Part shown: positions 36,067 to 47,347 of the stretch, one piece after another | How the letters are laid out: the number at the start of each line of letters is the position of its first letter | Position numbering within the stretch: position 1 is the stretch's first letter | Assembly (NCBI GenBank): GCA_010015585.1 | Contig: ML975149.1 | Origin: Eremomyces bilateralis CBS 781.70 | Taxonomy: Eukaryota | Strand: one strand, 5' to 3' | Length of the DNA: 64,000 bases | Program-made: the position numbers and the translations under genes | Notes under the pieces: model-generated | Told to the model about the DNA's origin: nothing | What the model saw: the letters and a program-made list of their open reading frames with translations, nothing else | Databases searched by the model: none

Positions 36067-39000
36067 ATGCAATCCCGACGCGACTTATCACCCCCTTCTC
36101 CGGTGCATACGTCTCCGAGAGACGACCGAGGTCGAGACTCTGACCGTGGTGGGATCGTGTCGCCGGGTGAGACTCTATTTGGGACGCCGTCTTCGACAAG
36201 GACACTTGCACATTCGAGTCCGGATCTCCCGCCTCTGCCAGCGTTTCCGATATCTGGAGCTTTGCCTTCTACACCGCCACGGACTTCGAACGACGACAAG
36301 AAATACTTCACTGCAAGTTGGGGATCACCATATCAAGCTCCGGATCCAAGTAGTGGACGACGAGGGATTGCGCCTGGGAACTGGACAGCGAATAGCGACG
36401 ACTTGGACGACGAGTCTTCTCCGAATCTACGTTTCGGACTTTCTCACCTTATACCGTCAAGGTTGCCGACCTTCCAAGTCACCCCTACCCGTCCGAGTAC
36501 CCCTTCCAGTGGGGTTGTAACGGACCAGACGCCTCGCTCGTTGAACTTTGCACCCAGCATTTTCACTAAAAGACCCGCGCGTGTCACTTCGCTGGTACCT
36601 GTTCGCGAGCATTCACCTTTCGAGGAGGAACCGGATTTGTGGGTGCAACAAGGCAACGAAGAATCAATACCATCGTCCCCACCTTCCGACCCTCTCGCTC
36701 GATATCAAAGACATAAATCCCGAGACAGTAACCTGACTCTCACACCGGAAGACTTTTGGGAAATCGGTCCCATTGGAAATCAAGTCGGCAACATGCATAA
36801 GTCTAGGTGGGCCAACCCTGACTCCTCGTCAGCGCCGAAGTCTATGGGATCGTCGGAGCCGAAGCGTCAAGATACAATGGAGTCGGAGAGGAAAGCCCCA
36901 GCTCTAGCTAGGTCGGAAGCACTGCCCTTACCCCGACAGGAGACGGAGTCGCCTGCTTCTTCCAAGGGCAGTATTCAGCCGAGACAGAGGAAGAAGATGC
37001 AAGTGAAGGGGAAGTCGTGTTTTGTGATGCTCCCAAGCATCCACGATAACCGAAACCCCATGAAAGCGGAGGAAATTGAAGCCCGCATGAAGCGATTTCA
37101 AAGCCATGGATACGACACGCGGGGCTATGTTGAGTATTACAAGAGCGATACCATTGCGGAGCAGAGCGGTCACACACAAGATCGTGCGGTGATCCCAGGA
37201 TTGACTGATGATCATGGCGACAAAGCCCCGGCCAAGCTCCAGGTTGTTTTCCCAGACCTAAACAGATGGAAATCGCATATGGAGGCCTTTCGAGAGGCGA
37301 AATTGGCAGCCTTGGGCGTCACCGTTGGTGGAGATTCACCTCAAGAGTCACAGCCGTTGTCCCGTCAATCTTCATCTCAATACCGCCCCTCTCAATTCTC
37401 TCCCCCTGTACCTTCGACCTCCGCGACTAGCAACCGGATGAGCTTCCAGGGACCTAATCTTCCGGCTGCATTCACACCCGGGTCATCCAACCATACGTCC
37501 ACGCGATCGATCGCATCGCCGATGTCGTCTCTTGGAAACCCTCGTTCTGCAATGCATATGCATCGTCAATCGATGTATGCGTCTCCCACCATGTTTTCAC
37601 AGGGACAGCCGGTTTCACCCGCCCTTTCAGGCTGGCCACAGCAACCATTCCATGGTCAGCAGCTATCAAGAGGCGCGTCTCCAGCCCATTCGGGGTCTCG
37701 ACCCGCCATTCAGGACGGCAGATCTTCCGGATCTCCGTTCAGCCCACACGGCGAGCTCCCGGGCGGTTTTGGCTATCCTGGAGATTTGTTGGCAGGCGTT
37801 CAACAACGACAGCAGCATCATCTTCAACTGCAACAACAACAGCAGCAACACCTGATGCAGCAGCAGGCAAAGCAACAGGCGCTGAGTGGTGTACGGTCAC
37901 CCCCCGCCCTCGAAGGGGTGCCTGAAGTCGATAACGAAGGCGAAACTGTGGATGAGGGTTTGAAAACCCCACTGGTGAAGAAATCAGAGCCGGAAATCCA
38001 CACGCCAAAACCCGGCCATCGTCACAACATCAGCGTCAATTTAGAACGGAATGTGCATAGCGCAGGCTACAAGCTAAACGATTATATCGCGCGGGACCTT
38101 GCTGAAGAAGTATCTGAAGACTCGATGGAATCGTCGCAGACGAACGCATTCGGACCAAGCATACCTACTGATCCCAGCTTGCTGCCGGTCCATCGTCCTT
38201 CGCTTCAGGAACTGCGCTCGCCGCCATCAGGATTGAGCCCCGACCTACCGGATCGCTCACACTCGACCAACGAGCTGCCGGAGCCAAATCACGTGAAGTT
38301 CTCCTCTCTAGCGGCGACTGCGGATTCCGAGAACGAGCGCGATGAAAAGGATGAAGAAAAAGATCATGCAACGGACGAGACGAGGACGAACCCACCACCA
38401 GGTCCACGACATGCTCACATGCCGTCTCATGTGACAAGTGTTTGGAGCGAAAGCGACTCGGTCATGGAAAGCTTGGCTTCGCAGCACAGTGAAGGACAGA
38501 AACAATCCAACAACCACTCCAAGCAGTCTTCCGTCTCGAAATTCAATGTGGAAGCAAAGGAGTTCGTGTTCAACCCCAAGTCCTCATTCAACCCCGGGAT
38601 TTTCTCTCCAGGTCTCTCGTTCCAGCCGAAAATCGTCAAGCCATTTGGCGGCTCCGATAGTCCCAGTAGCGCATTGACGCAAACCACAAAGTTCAACATC
38701 GGTGCCCCGAGCTTCGCGCCGCGAAATGGCGAGAGAAATGGAGAATTCAGCTTCACCTCGCGTGGCCCCGTCTTCAAACCGGACGCTCCGGTCTTCGAGC
38801 CGTCGAAATCCTTCGCTTCCAACTCATCCGTCACCGGGGACGAGAATCGGATTTTTACCAATCTCGCCGATGCCGTCAGGCCGCCGAAGAAGTCGAAGGC
38901 TGTTCCGATTGTCAAACCCGTGTCTCGTGGAAAATCTGCCCCAGATGAGGAGGAGGATGAGAAGGAGCACTTCGACGCTTTTGATCGGCTCAGTCAGTCC

Positions 39001-42000
39001 GATGCGAGGTTCAAGCGCTCGAAGCGGTGGGACGATGGCGACCAAGTTCCACTATTCGCAATTCCCTCGTCGCCACCAGTTGTTGCTCAGCACCAACACA
39101 GCATTTCTTCGTTCCAGGAGGCAATAGATGACATTGACGACTCCGTTCTGGATGGAGACAAGGTCGAACATCATTCGGAAACTGAGAAAGCTCCCAAGAA
39201 TGTGAAGGAAACCAATGTTGCAGGTGAAGACGAGACCAAGACCTTGCAAGAGGCCGCAATCCTTCATGATAGTGGGTTCCAGGACGGATCGCTACATTCG
39301 GATCCTTCCAGACGCCTAGACGAGGCCCCAGTCGATGTCACCGAAGATCCAGTTGATGTCACCGATGTGAGGGAAGCTGTGCAGCCATCGTTACTCGGCC
39401 ACGCCAAGCAATTCTCCCTCTCTGCTGCGGCCAAACCGTTCGAATTCAAGCCGTTCTCACCCACCGCGCCGGCCTTTTCTCCTGGTATTGCGAGAACGTC
39501 AGTATCCTACCAGCCGCGGACGAGCCTCGGTGATGATCATACCCCGATTGAGAGCGGCAACAGTCATCTCCAATCGCCCACCGAAGTTCATCATCCGGCA
39601 CCTGCGCTGGAACGTTACATACCAAGCACGGAAGATGAATATCACCCATCTTTCAATGAGATCGACGCTGTCATGAAACACATGGATGAGGAGGGCTCGG
39701 ACTTCGGCGTGGAACGGGACGAAATCTCTTATGTGCAGTATACACCGGAGAAGACGTCCGCCATCGATGTCAACCGAGCAGATCTGCCTCCGACTCACTT
39801 CCGTAGTGATGCTCCCAGCCCTAGTCCCCGCCGTGTCAATTACCAGCGACAATATCGCGCCGACGATGGGTCGAATTCTGATTCGTTTAACGACGAGCGC
39901 AACGCTATTCCCTACGCGACACCGATCCACAAGCTCAACGACGCTGCTGACGTTCCAGTCAGCGATTGGGACGACATGGTTTCTTCGACTGAAGACGACA
40001 AGCTTCACGCCCGGAGTACATTCTTCGACAGCCACGTGGAAGAATTGATGAACGCTGCCCTGACGGCTCGCCTTGACCCTCTCACTCAGACTCTCGCTGC
40101 CATTCAGAACTCAATGGCAAGCTTTAACACCAGCCCCTACCCGCGACGTGGACGACGGGTGGTCTCTAGTGAAGCCATCGACAGCGATGCGGATGATGAA
40201 GATGAAGATGACGAGATTCCATTGGACTTGGGCCGCAGTCGCTCTCCGAGGAAAGATCGTCGGTTCGAGAAAATCAAGAACGTCGTGTTGGAGGCCATTG
40301 AGTCAAGAACCCCACCGGTTGCGCAAGCATCTGCCGCGCCCGCCGCTCCATTAGATCTCTCTGAGATCCAGGACGCCATTGCCAGCGTCAAGGAGACGAT
40401 GTTCCACCTGAGCGATGTCAAAGATGTCGTCGAAAACGTGGTCGGAGAGATCTTCGAGCGAAAGCAGGCTTCCGACCAGGACACCACGGCCTTGTCGCTC
40501 AAAGATGATGGCGAGCGTTATGCAAACTTGGTCAATATGATGAACGAATCGAACTCTCGTCTTCTGGAGGAGAAAGCGGCTCGTTCAAAGCTGGAAGCGC
40601 AACAAGCAGAGACACAACGTGCGTTGAAGCTTGCGGAGGAGGAGGTTGTTCTCCTTCGAGCTTCGGCCGAAGACGATGCGGATCGCTATCGGGCTCATGA
40701 TGCTGAGGCCCAACACTTGCGATCGAAAGTCGCTGCAACCGAAATCATGCATGATGACTTGAAGGTGGCTTCATCCGGTCTCAAGCAACAGGTTACTGCG
40801 TTAGAAGCCACTCTGGAAGAGTATCGCACGTCAAGCGCCCAATGGAGAGACGAAGTCGATGCACTCCGCGATGAGAAAGAAGCTCTCCGGAAGACGTTGG
40901 AGACGTTTAAGTTCCAGACCGAGGAGGCGATGCGCATCCGCGAAAACATGCGAGACAGACTCAACACCCTGCGGAAGGACATGACCACTGCCGCCCGCCA
41001 AATGGGCGATGAGAAGACGAAGTGGCAGCGTAGCGACGATGAGCACTGCAAGCGCTACGAAGTATTGATGGCACGGCTTGGTGCGGAGGCAAGGACGCGG
41101 GAGCGACTGGAGGATGAGCTGGAGCGACTGGAGAAGCAGGAGCGGGAAGGCATGAAGCTTCGCGTGCTTCTTGAGCAGGCTCAGAACGCAAACGCGAAGC
41201 TCGAGGAGACGGTGGACGGGCTGCGTCTGGAGTCCGCAGAGCATCAGAAGACGGCGGATCAATATGCGAGGGAGTTCCGCGAGGCTCGCGAGGCGGGACG
41301 GAACGAGGTCCAGCGGACACGCATGCTGATGGAGGCTCAACTGGATGCCGCGAGCAATGAAGTCAACATTGTGCGAGCGGACCTGGAGAGCGAGGTTTCT
41401 CGCGTTCGTGCGGAACTTGACCATGCTAGGATGGAAGCCGATACTGCGAAGGAGAAACATGAACTTGTCTTGGAGGAGGAAGCGGATACTCGAAGGGACG
41501 CTTTGCACGAAGCCACCGTGAAGATGGACGCGACGTTGCAGGAGCAGACAGCTCGTTATGAGCAACGAATTGCCGACTTCCAGCAACAACACCAGCGATA
41601 TCTGCAGAATGCGCTCGAGGACAAAGAGCGCTCGGAAGCATTCCTCAACGAGAAGCTTTCTCTCGCCGATTCAAAGGCCAATCACCTGCAGGACAAGGTG
41701 GTTCTTCTGGAGGAGAGGCTTGAGGTTGCCAAATCCGCAGCTCAAGCCGCCATCGAGGCCGCAAAGTCAGCCAAAGCGCCCACTACTGCACCGGTTGAAC
41801 AATCCACGACCCCTCGAATGCCAGAGAAGGTATCGGCGCAAGCACTTCGGGAAACAATCCAGGCGCTCCAGGAGCAGCTACAAGAACGCGAGACCCGCAT
41901 TGAGACGCTCGACAAGGAGCTTTCCGAAGTCGACCAAGAGGCTCCCGCCAAGCTTAAAGAACGCGAAACCGAAATCGGCTGGCTCCGTGAACTCCTCGGT

Positions 42001-42720
42001 GTCCGCGTTGACGACATCTCCGACCTCATCAACACCCTGGCCGACCCGACTTTCGATCGAGAATCCGTTCGCGACGCCGCCATCCGCATCCGGACGAACC
42101 TCCAGATGGAACAGCAAGTGAAGGAGCGGATCATGGCGGGTAGTATGGCTTTCCCCAGCCTCGCCAGTATCTCCAACTTCGCGACCCCGAAAGCCGCCCA
42201 GCTTGCCGCGGCGTTTGGGAATTGGCGGAAGGGAAGCCAGGCTCGACAGTTCAGTATCGCCTCGAACGCGTCTACTGCTACGGACTCAACTCCGTCGAAG
42301 TCGCTCTCTTCGGCGCAAGGATTCCTTTCGGGCCTCATGACACCGCCTGCTTCGAACGTGAGACGAACACCCTCGCCTAATGGCACGGTGATCGCGCACA
42401 GGCGAGGAAGCGTCCGTCCCGGATCCTCCGCGTCAGCTGTGGAGCTACGGACACCTCGACAACGCGGTAAGGCGCGCATGAATCCGCCCACCACCCCGCC
42501 ATTGATGCGACGTGACTCTTACGACACGGATGCGCAAGCGAGCAGCTTCCCTTCCGGGCGCTTCGAAGACGACGATGCAAGCAGCATTGGCGGGTTCGTG
42601 CACGACGAGAAAAGGCAGCCGTTGGACGAGTTCGGGCCAGCCATGGGTGAATCGGAAGCAGACGCGGAGACATACTCGCCGGCGTTCGTCTCGCCCAGAC
42701 GAACATCACATACAGACTGA
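36067..42720 (+). CDS. 2,217-aa protein: disordered N-half with polyQ and about 5 PAM2-like motifs, long C-terminal coiled coil, no motor domain
   Basis: Single uninterrupted ORF; heptad-rich E/R/K/L region at about 40500-42130; motifs FNVEAKEFVF, FNIGAPSFAP, FKPDAPVFEP, LSAAAKPFEF, FSPTAPAFSP. Confidence 0.9.
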   Translation: MQSRRDLSPPSPVHTSPRDDRGRDSDRGGIVSPGETLFGTPSSTRTLAHSSPDLPPLPAFPISGALPSTPPRTSNDDKKYFTASWGSPYQAPDPSSGRRGIAPGNWTANSDDLDDESSPNLRFGLSHLIPSRLPTFQVTPTRPSTPSSGVVTDQTPRSLNFAPSIFTKRPARVTSLVPVREHSPFEEEPDLWVQQGNEESIPSSPPSDPLARYQRHKSRDSNLTLTPEDFWEIGPIGNQVGNMHKSRWANPDSSSAPKSMGSSEPKRQDTMESERKAPALARSEALPLPRQETESPASSKGSIQPRQRKKMQVKGKSCFVMLPSIHDNRNPMKAEEIEARMKRFQSHGYDTRGYVEYYKSDTIAEQSGHTQDRAVIPGLTDDHGDKAPAKLQVVFPDLNRWKSHMEAFREAKLAALGVTVGGDSPQESQPLSRQSSSQYRPSQFSPPVPSTSATSNRMSFQGPNLPAAFTPGSSNHTSTRSIASPMSSLGNPRSAMHMHRQSMYASPTMFSQGQPVSPALSGWPQQPFHGQQLSRGASPAHSGSRPAIQDGRSSGSPFSPHGELPGGFGYPGDLLAGVQQRQQHHLQLQQQQQQHLMQQQAKQQALSGVRSPPALEGVPEVDNEGETVDEGLKTPLVKKSEPEIHTPKPGHRHNISVNLERNVHSAGYKLNDYIARDLAEEVSEDSMESSQTNAFGPSIPTDPSLLPVHRPSLQELRSPPSGLSPDLPDRSHSTNELPEPNHVKFSSLAATADSENERDEKDEEKDHATDETRTNPPPGPRHAHMPSHVTSVWSESDSVMESLASQHSEGQKQSNNHSKQSSVSKFNVEAKEFVFNPKSSFNPGIFSPGLSFQPKIVKPFGGSDSPSSALTQTTKFNIGAPSFAPRNGERNGEFSFTSRGPVFKPDAPVFEPSKSFASNSSVTGDENRIFTNLADAVRPPKKSKAVPIVKPVSRGKSAPDEEEDEKEHFDAFDRLSQSDARFKRSKRWDDGDQVPLFAIPSSPPVVAQHQHSISSFQEAIDDIDDSVLDGDKVEHHSETEKAPKNVKETNVAGEDETKTLQEAAILHDSGFQDGSLHSDPSRRLDEAPVDVTEDPVDVTDVREAVQPSLLGHAKQFSLSAAAKPFEFKPFSPTAPAFSPGIARTSVSYQPRTSLGDDHTPIESGNSHLQSPTEVHHPAPALERYIPSTEDEYHPSFNEIDAVMKHMDEEGSDFGVERDEISYVQYTPEKTSAIDVNRADLPPTHFRSDAPSPSPRRVNYQRQYRADDGSNSDSFNDERNAIPYATPIHKLNDAADVPVSDWDDMVSSTEDDKLHARSTFFDSHVEELMNAALTARLDPLTQTLAAIQNSMASFNTSPYPRRGRRVVSSEAIDSDADDEDEDDEIPLDLGRSRSPRKDRRFEKIKNVVLEAIESRTPPVAQASAAPAAPLDLSEIQDAIASVKETMFHLSDVKDVVENVVGEIFERKQASDQDTTALSLKDDGERYANLVNMMNESNSRLLEEKAARSKLEAQQAETQRALKLAEEEVVLLRASAEDDADRYRAHDAEAQHLRSKVAATEIMHDDLKVASSGLKQQVTALEATLEEYRTSSAQWRDEVDALRDEKEALRKTLETFKFQTEEAMRIRENMRDRLNTLRKDMTTAARQMGDEKTKWQRSDDEHCKRYEVLMARLGAEARTRERLEDELERLEKQEREGMKLRVLLEQAQNANAKLEETVDGLRLESAEHQKTADQYAREFREAREAGRNEVQRTRMLMEAQLDAASNEVNIVRADLESEVSRVRAELDHARMEADTAKEKHELVLEEEADTRRDALHEATVKMDATLQEQTARYEQRIADFQQQHQRYLQNALEDKERSEAFLNEKLSLADSKANHLQDKVVLLEERLEVAKSAAQAAIEAAKSAKAPTTAPVEQSTTPRMPEKVSAQALRETIQALQEQLQERETRIETLDKELSEVDQEAPAKLKERETEIGWLRELLGVRVDDISDLINTLADPTFDRESVRDAAIRIRTNLQMEQQVKERIMAGSMAFPSLASISNFATPKAAQLAAAFGNWRKGSQARQFSIASNASTATDSTPSKSLSSAQGFLSGLMTPPASNVRRTPSPNGTVIAHRRGSVRPGSSASAVELRTPRQRGKARMNPPTTPPLMRRDSYDTDAQASSFPSGRFEDDDASSIGGFVHDEKRQPLDEFGPAMGESEADAETYSPAFVSPRRTSHTD

Positions 42721-43303
42721 CATAACGTACCCCAATTTCCTTTGTTGAATTGATATATTCGGTTCGGAGTGCAAACGACCCCTCACCGCGATGAGAGCCC
42801 GCACCCTTTTTTCTGCTGGGCTCCGTCTACATGTATTTAATATTTTGAGATTCGTTGCGCATTCTTTTTTTTCTTTCGCTTAAGGTCCCTTTGAGATCGA
42901 GAACGCATAATTCTCACACAACTTGATACCCCGGAGACACAGATTGACTCCCTTGCCTGAGAAGAGGACACGGAAGAAAGGTGGTTCATAGAGCTGCACG
43001 GGAAAGAAGGGGAGGAATCAGAATGCTTACCTAGCTGCGGAACTGCCTATGGCAGATAATTATCACATGTTTATCCTCAACTGGCACTACTCATCATCTG
43101 TATTTTGCAACGTGTTCCGGAAGTGGTATACATTGAAGGTCATGCACTTTCTAGTCTTTGGTTCCAGCACTCCTAGGGACACATATTGGTACGTTTGCCC
43201 GGATTTGCTGCGCCAACCCCTTCAGTCCTTTTACCAACGTCTACACACAAAGATATCTCCACCGGTGTCTCCTGTTGACCAGTATCAGCATATGACCGAA
43301 GTG

Positions 43304-44750
43304 TCATACCCATATATCGGAGTTCTCCTCCTCGAATTCCAAGGTCAAGCCCAGCTCTTGTGAGACAGTATTCAACCTATCCATGATATCCCACGGGAAA
43401 TTGCAGTCGCTTTTACATGAATCACGGGTAAACACAATCTTGATGCGCCGCAACCTAGACCTCCGCTGGCAAGCTAAGCCCATGAATTGCGGAAGCACTC
43501 GTCCAGATACGTCCTGTGAGACTCCCCAGGGCAAGAACCAACTTCATCAAATCGGGTCATAACTATAGTAAGCTCTCGTAATTGCGGAGCTAGCAACTGG
43601 TCGACCACGATGGGAGGATCGAGCGTTTCGGGCGAAAGTCCGTCTCGGTAGCTGAATGAAGACCACGGAATCACGAGGGTATCCAAGACAGGGGAGCCGG
43701 AGACAATAACAGGTCTACCATGCCTTTGCTCGCAATCCGCGATTTTTATCGACCTCAGAGTAGCGCAATGAGGCTCCAGGAGCCACTCGAAAAAGGGCGT
43801 GCCAGGTGGTTCGGTAAGATGTACATTCCGACGTTCTACAAATGTAAAGTGCTCGAGTTTCCTGCACCACTGCACGATCGCCAAAACAGCCTCAGGGTTT
43901 ACTGAAAATTGGCAAATATCCAATGTCGTGAAGGGTGCAGCTCCCTTTTGTTTCTAAAAGGCTATTAGTAGGAGGTCCATGATACCAGTAGCCGAGATGA
44001 GCAAGGGGACTGTGAAAGAAGGCGATCAACGCTATGCGAACTTGCCTTAAGTTCCCTAATGTCATACCAGATTAGAGGAGCCGGACCATAGAGTTGCAAC
44101 CTTCCATGGCAGAGCGCCGATCTGGAGCGCATCAGACGTCTCGCGATTGCGAATTCTTGTTTTTCCCGCAGAATCTTCGTATTGGCGATTAGGAGATGAT
44201 TGACACAAGGCATATCCCAGATGGCGTCTGGCAGTTTCTCCCACCCACTTAACGTTCCAGGAGGGTTGTTGGCGAGTTTTAAGCATTGGAGATCCTTTGA
44301 CATTGATACAATATCATTGACGACATGATAAACAGACGCTGGTATCTCCTTACCCCCCATAGCGAGGTCAATGGACAAGCTGTGGCAGAGCGGCCGAAGT
44401 GCTGGATTTTTTTGAAGGGATCGCTGCAAGCCTTAGGATTGCTTCTCATAGCCATTGCGAGATCCCCCTCGACCTCTACAAATGGCGATTCTGATATGCG
44501 GGTAGAGCAAAGGTTGCGAAATCCGGTAGAAGCGGCGACATACTCGGAGAATTCTGTATATCCCTTCCTGGACATCAAGTCCATGTGGGTAACATCGTAG
44601 CTCTTTACGATAATCAACACCAAAACTCTTCCTTTCGAGGACGCGCTTCAGAATATCCTCAAGGAGCTCGTCTGGCAAGCACAAGAGGGGGGTTGTTCGT
44701 TTGGGTTAGATGTATCCAGATTTTTGGTCAAGACATTCTGCAGATTCCAT
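43304..44750 (-). pseudogene. F-box protein pseudogene
   Basis: LLCLPDELLEDIL..LRVCRRFYRISQPLLY F-box; in-frame TAA at 44706-44708 and 44433-44435; frameshift near 43500 before LRRIKIVF..FPWDIMDRL. Confidence 0.8.
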
Positions 44751-45224
44751 GTCACTCAGACTGATGGCCCTTTCGATACAAGTTAGAGGATGTAGGCCCG
44801 GGGGGTTTATTGGGGTCAGATACAATTTCCAGCTCCGACGTGAAGAAGAAAGGGACCGGACCTACGGTAAGGCAGACAACCAGAATGTATAAAGGGTGAG
44901 CGATCGTCAAATGCATTGACTAACGTGCGGACAGAATTCTGGCACTGGGAATCTAATCCGAATTCATCGGTTGACTCTATTTCTCCATCCACATGGGCAC
45001 TAATTACTTCTTCCTCCTTTTTCAAACTATCACAAAGTCATTCAAGGCGCCAACGTTAAAATGGAAGAAGTGACGACTCCGGCGCACCAGACACGCCAGT
45101 TGCACACAGCACTATCGCCTCAGGGGTCAGGACGACTCCACCCCACACATACATAGTACATTGTAATGAATCTCCAGCGACACTGGGCGATCTATTTGCA
45201 AACACGTCTAGTTTTCTTTTATTG

Positions 45225-45314
45225 GGTCCGTTGGTCTAATGGATGTAGTACTTACCTCTCATATAACGATTAGATTATGCTCTGACGATCTGGATTCAAT
45301 TCCCTGTCGTGGAG
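45225..45314 (+). pseudogene. Degenerate tRNA-like relic (A box, imperfect B box, T-runs downstream)
   Basis: TGGTCTAATGG A box; GGATTCAATTCC B-box-like motif; 3' end CTGTCGTGGAG resembles tRNA-Asp/Glu; acceptor stem does not pair. Confidence 0.4.
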
Positions 45315-45536
45315 TTTATCTTTTGCTTTTTTGGCCCAGTGTTCTGCAATGTAGTGTTTTGTGACCTCGACTACTATCTCAGACCACGAATATTATTATT
45401 GCTCGCGTTGAACTTGCGGGATAAACGCAATGAAACTTTCTTTTATCCTACAGGTGCTTAAGAGCCAATGCCGTATGAGTAATAGCGAGGGGGCCAGAGA
45501 ACTATAAAAACCACTATCCTTTTGCACCAGGACCTC

Positions 45537-46878
45537 TCACAACCGGCTTCTGCGCTCTTCTAGCCGCTCACTGAGCAACCTAACTACCTTCTTCGCAGAT
45601 CCAATCGAAAGCTGGTACCCAGCCGCCCCATGGCCATACGCATGACACACAAGGCGGCCATCGATCTCCTCCAACTCCACCCTTGGCCCTCCTTTTCGTC
45701 CTGGCCGGAGACCAACTTGCACGCTCAGCACGTCAAATTCGCCATCCTTGTTCAGCAGCTCCGGCGCCCACCGCTTCGCTCGACGAAGGATTTCTTTAGT
45801 CGTCGCTGGGTCGGGCTCGCCATTCCAGTCTCCCTCCTGCTTTGTGCCCCCTAAAACCGTGGTATTGGATCGCGGGCGCGGGATGATGTACATGACTGAC
45901 GTCTTTGAAGTTGGAGAATCAATCTCGAATGATTCGAGGGTCGTTAGTTGAGTCGCTTCCCCGGCTACTAAGACCGTCTGTCCCCGGATGGGAAACATGT
46001 TGGGGTCCGGGACAAGCTTGTGTGCAGAGAGACCTGTTGCGTTAACGAAAGCTGAGATCTTGGGAGGCGCTCCGTGACCAAGCTCTTTAACCCGTGACGC
46101 TACCACGTTCCCGGCACACTGAAGTGTTTCCGACAGCGAGCCATGATGAGGAAGAGTCGCGCGAATATCAATGACACCTAGCGCCTGTGCAGTTTCGTAC
46201 AGGTGCTGGATATACATTGGAGCGTTAGTCAGAATGCTGATAAACGTGTGACCATGCTTAAAGCCTTTTTCCAGCGACGCTTCTGGAATAGACTGATAGG
46301 AGAGCACGGCATCTGAAAACCAAGGCTCCTCTGGTAATGCACTATATGATTCAGCGATGAACCATAGGTTTGGTTAGGAAATATTACCCGTAAAAGAGTG
46401 ATTTACAACGCTATGCATACGTCAGCACCCAAAAATGTGAGCTTGAAATCGATTCCACCTACCGCAAGGCCCGAGGGCGTCTTAGACGAAGGGCCGGTAG
46501 CCTCTTCCTCTTCAATGACCTTAAGCCAGTGTCTGTAGCTTTCTGAATCCCATTGCTGCAGCTCAACCTCATTTTCAGTGGCAAAGGAGCGCCATTGAGC
46601 TCCCGCCCTACGAATCAATCAGAACAACCATTCTGGAAGCTGTGCCGGAGCCGGCGAGATGTATTTCATCACAACATACCATGGCGAGGTGTATTCTATC
46701 GACTTATCCCCTGGAAAATGCTTGGCTACGATAGCAACATCATATCCAAATTGTAGAAGAGAAATGGAAGTTTGAAGACCGGTCACACCGGCACTGAACG
46801 GAAGTCAGCTACATAGAGAGCGTGTACGGAATAAACGTCATACCCTACAACCACAACTAGATTCTTATCGGGATTCAT
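45537..46878 (-). CDS. D-amino acid oxidase family flavoprotein, PTS1 (SRL)
   Basis: VVVVG/AGVTGL dinucleotide-binding start; VNATGL, PIRGQTVLV, VGLRPGR, HAYGHGAAGYQLSIG; ends RRSRL. Confidence 0.9.
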
Positions 46879-47347
46879 ATTTTCAACCGCTGAAAAGCTG
46901 ATAGTATTATTCGGTGAGGCGAGAAGTGGACTATATAGAACGCAATAAATAGAAGATGTTGTACAATTTCGCTCAGCTGTAGGATTTCTCTAATATATGT
47001 CGTGATTTGTCTAGTGGGCGGAATGTGGATAGCTCCACCACCCTAGTATGGATAAGGTATTTCGTTCTTTGATACCGAAGAGATCATGCTCTGGTGTTAA
47101 AGGAGCATCACTTAGGCACCGAAAGCATGTACACACATCCCATCCTGCTGAGGCTATATTACGCTGAGAGTTATCTATTTCTAGAAAGATCTCAGAGAGC
47201 AATTAATTCATTTGGAAACGGTGGAATCCTATGTATTCATTGTCGTCTATCCAGTATACCTAAGGTAAGGCCAGAGTTACCTGCCACTGAATCTAATCCA
47301 AACAGCACATATAATGCACTCTGAGTCGATGGTGCTCCATTATCCCT

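Noticed and set aside
36067..42720. Myosin heavy chain call
   Set aside because: No motor domain or P-loop; the resemblance is limited to the coiled coil.
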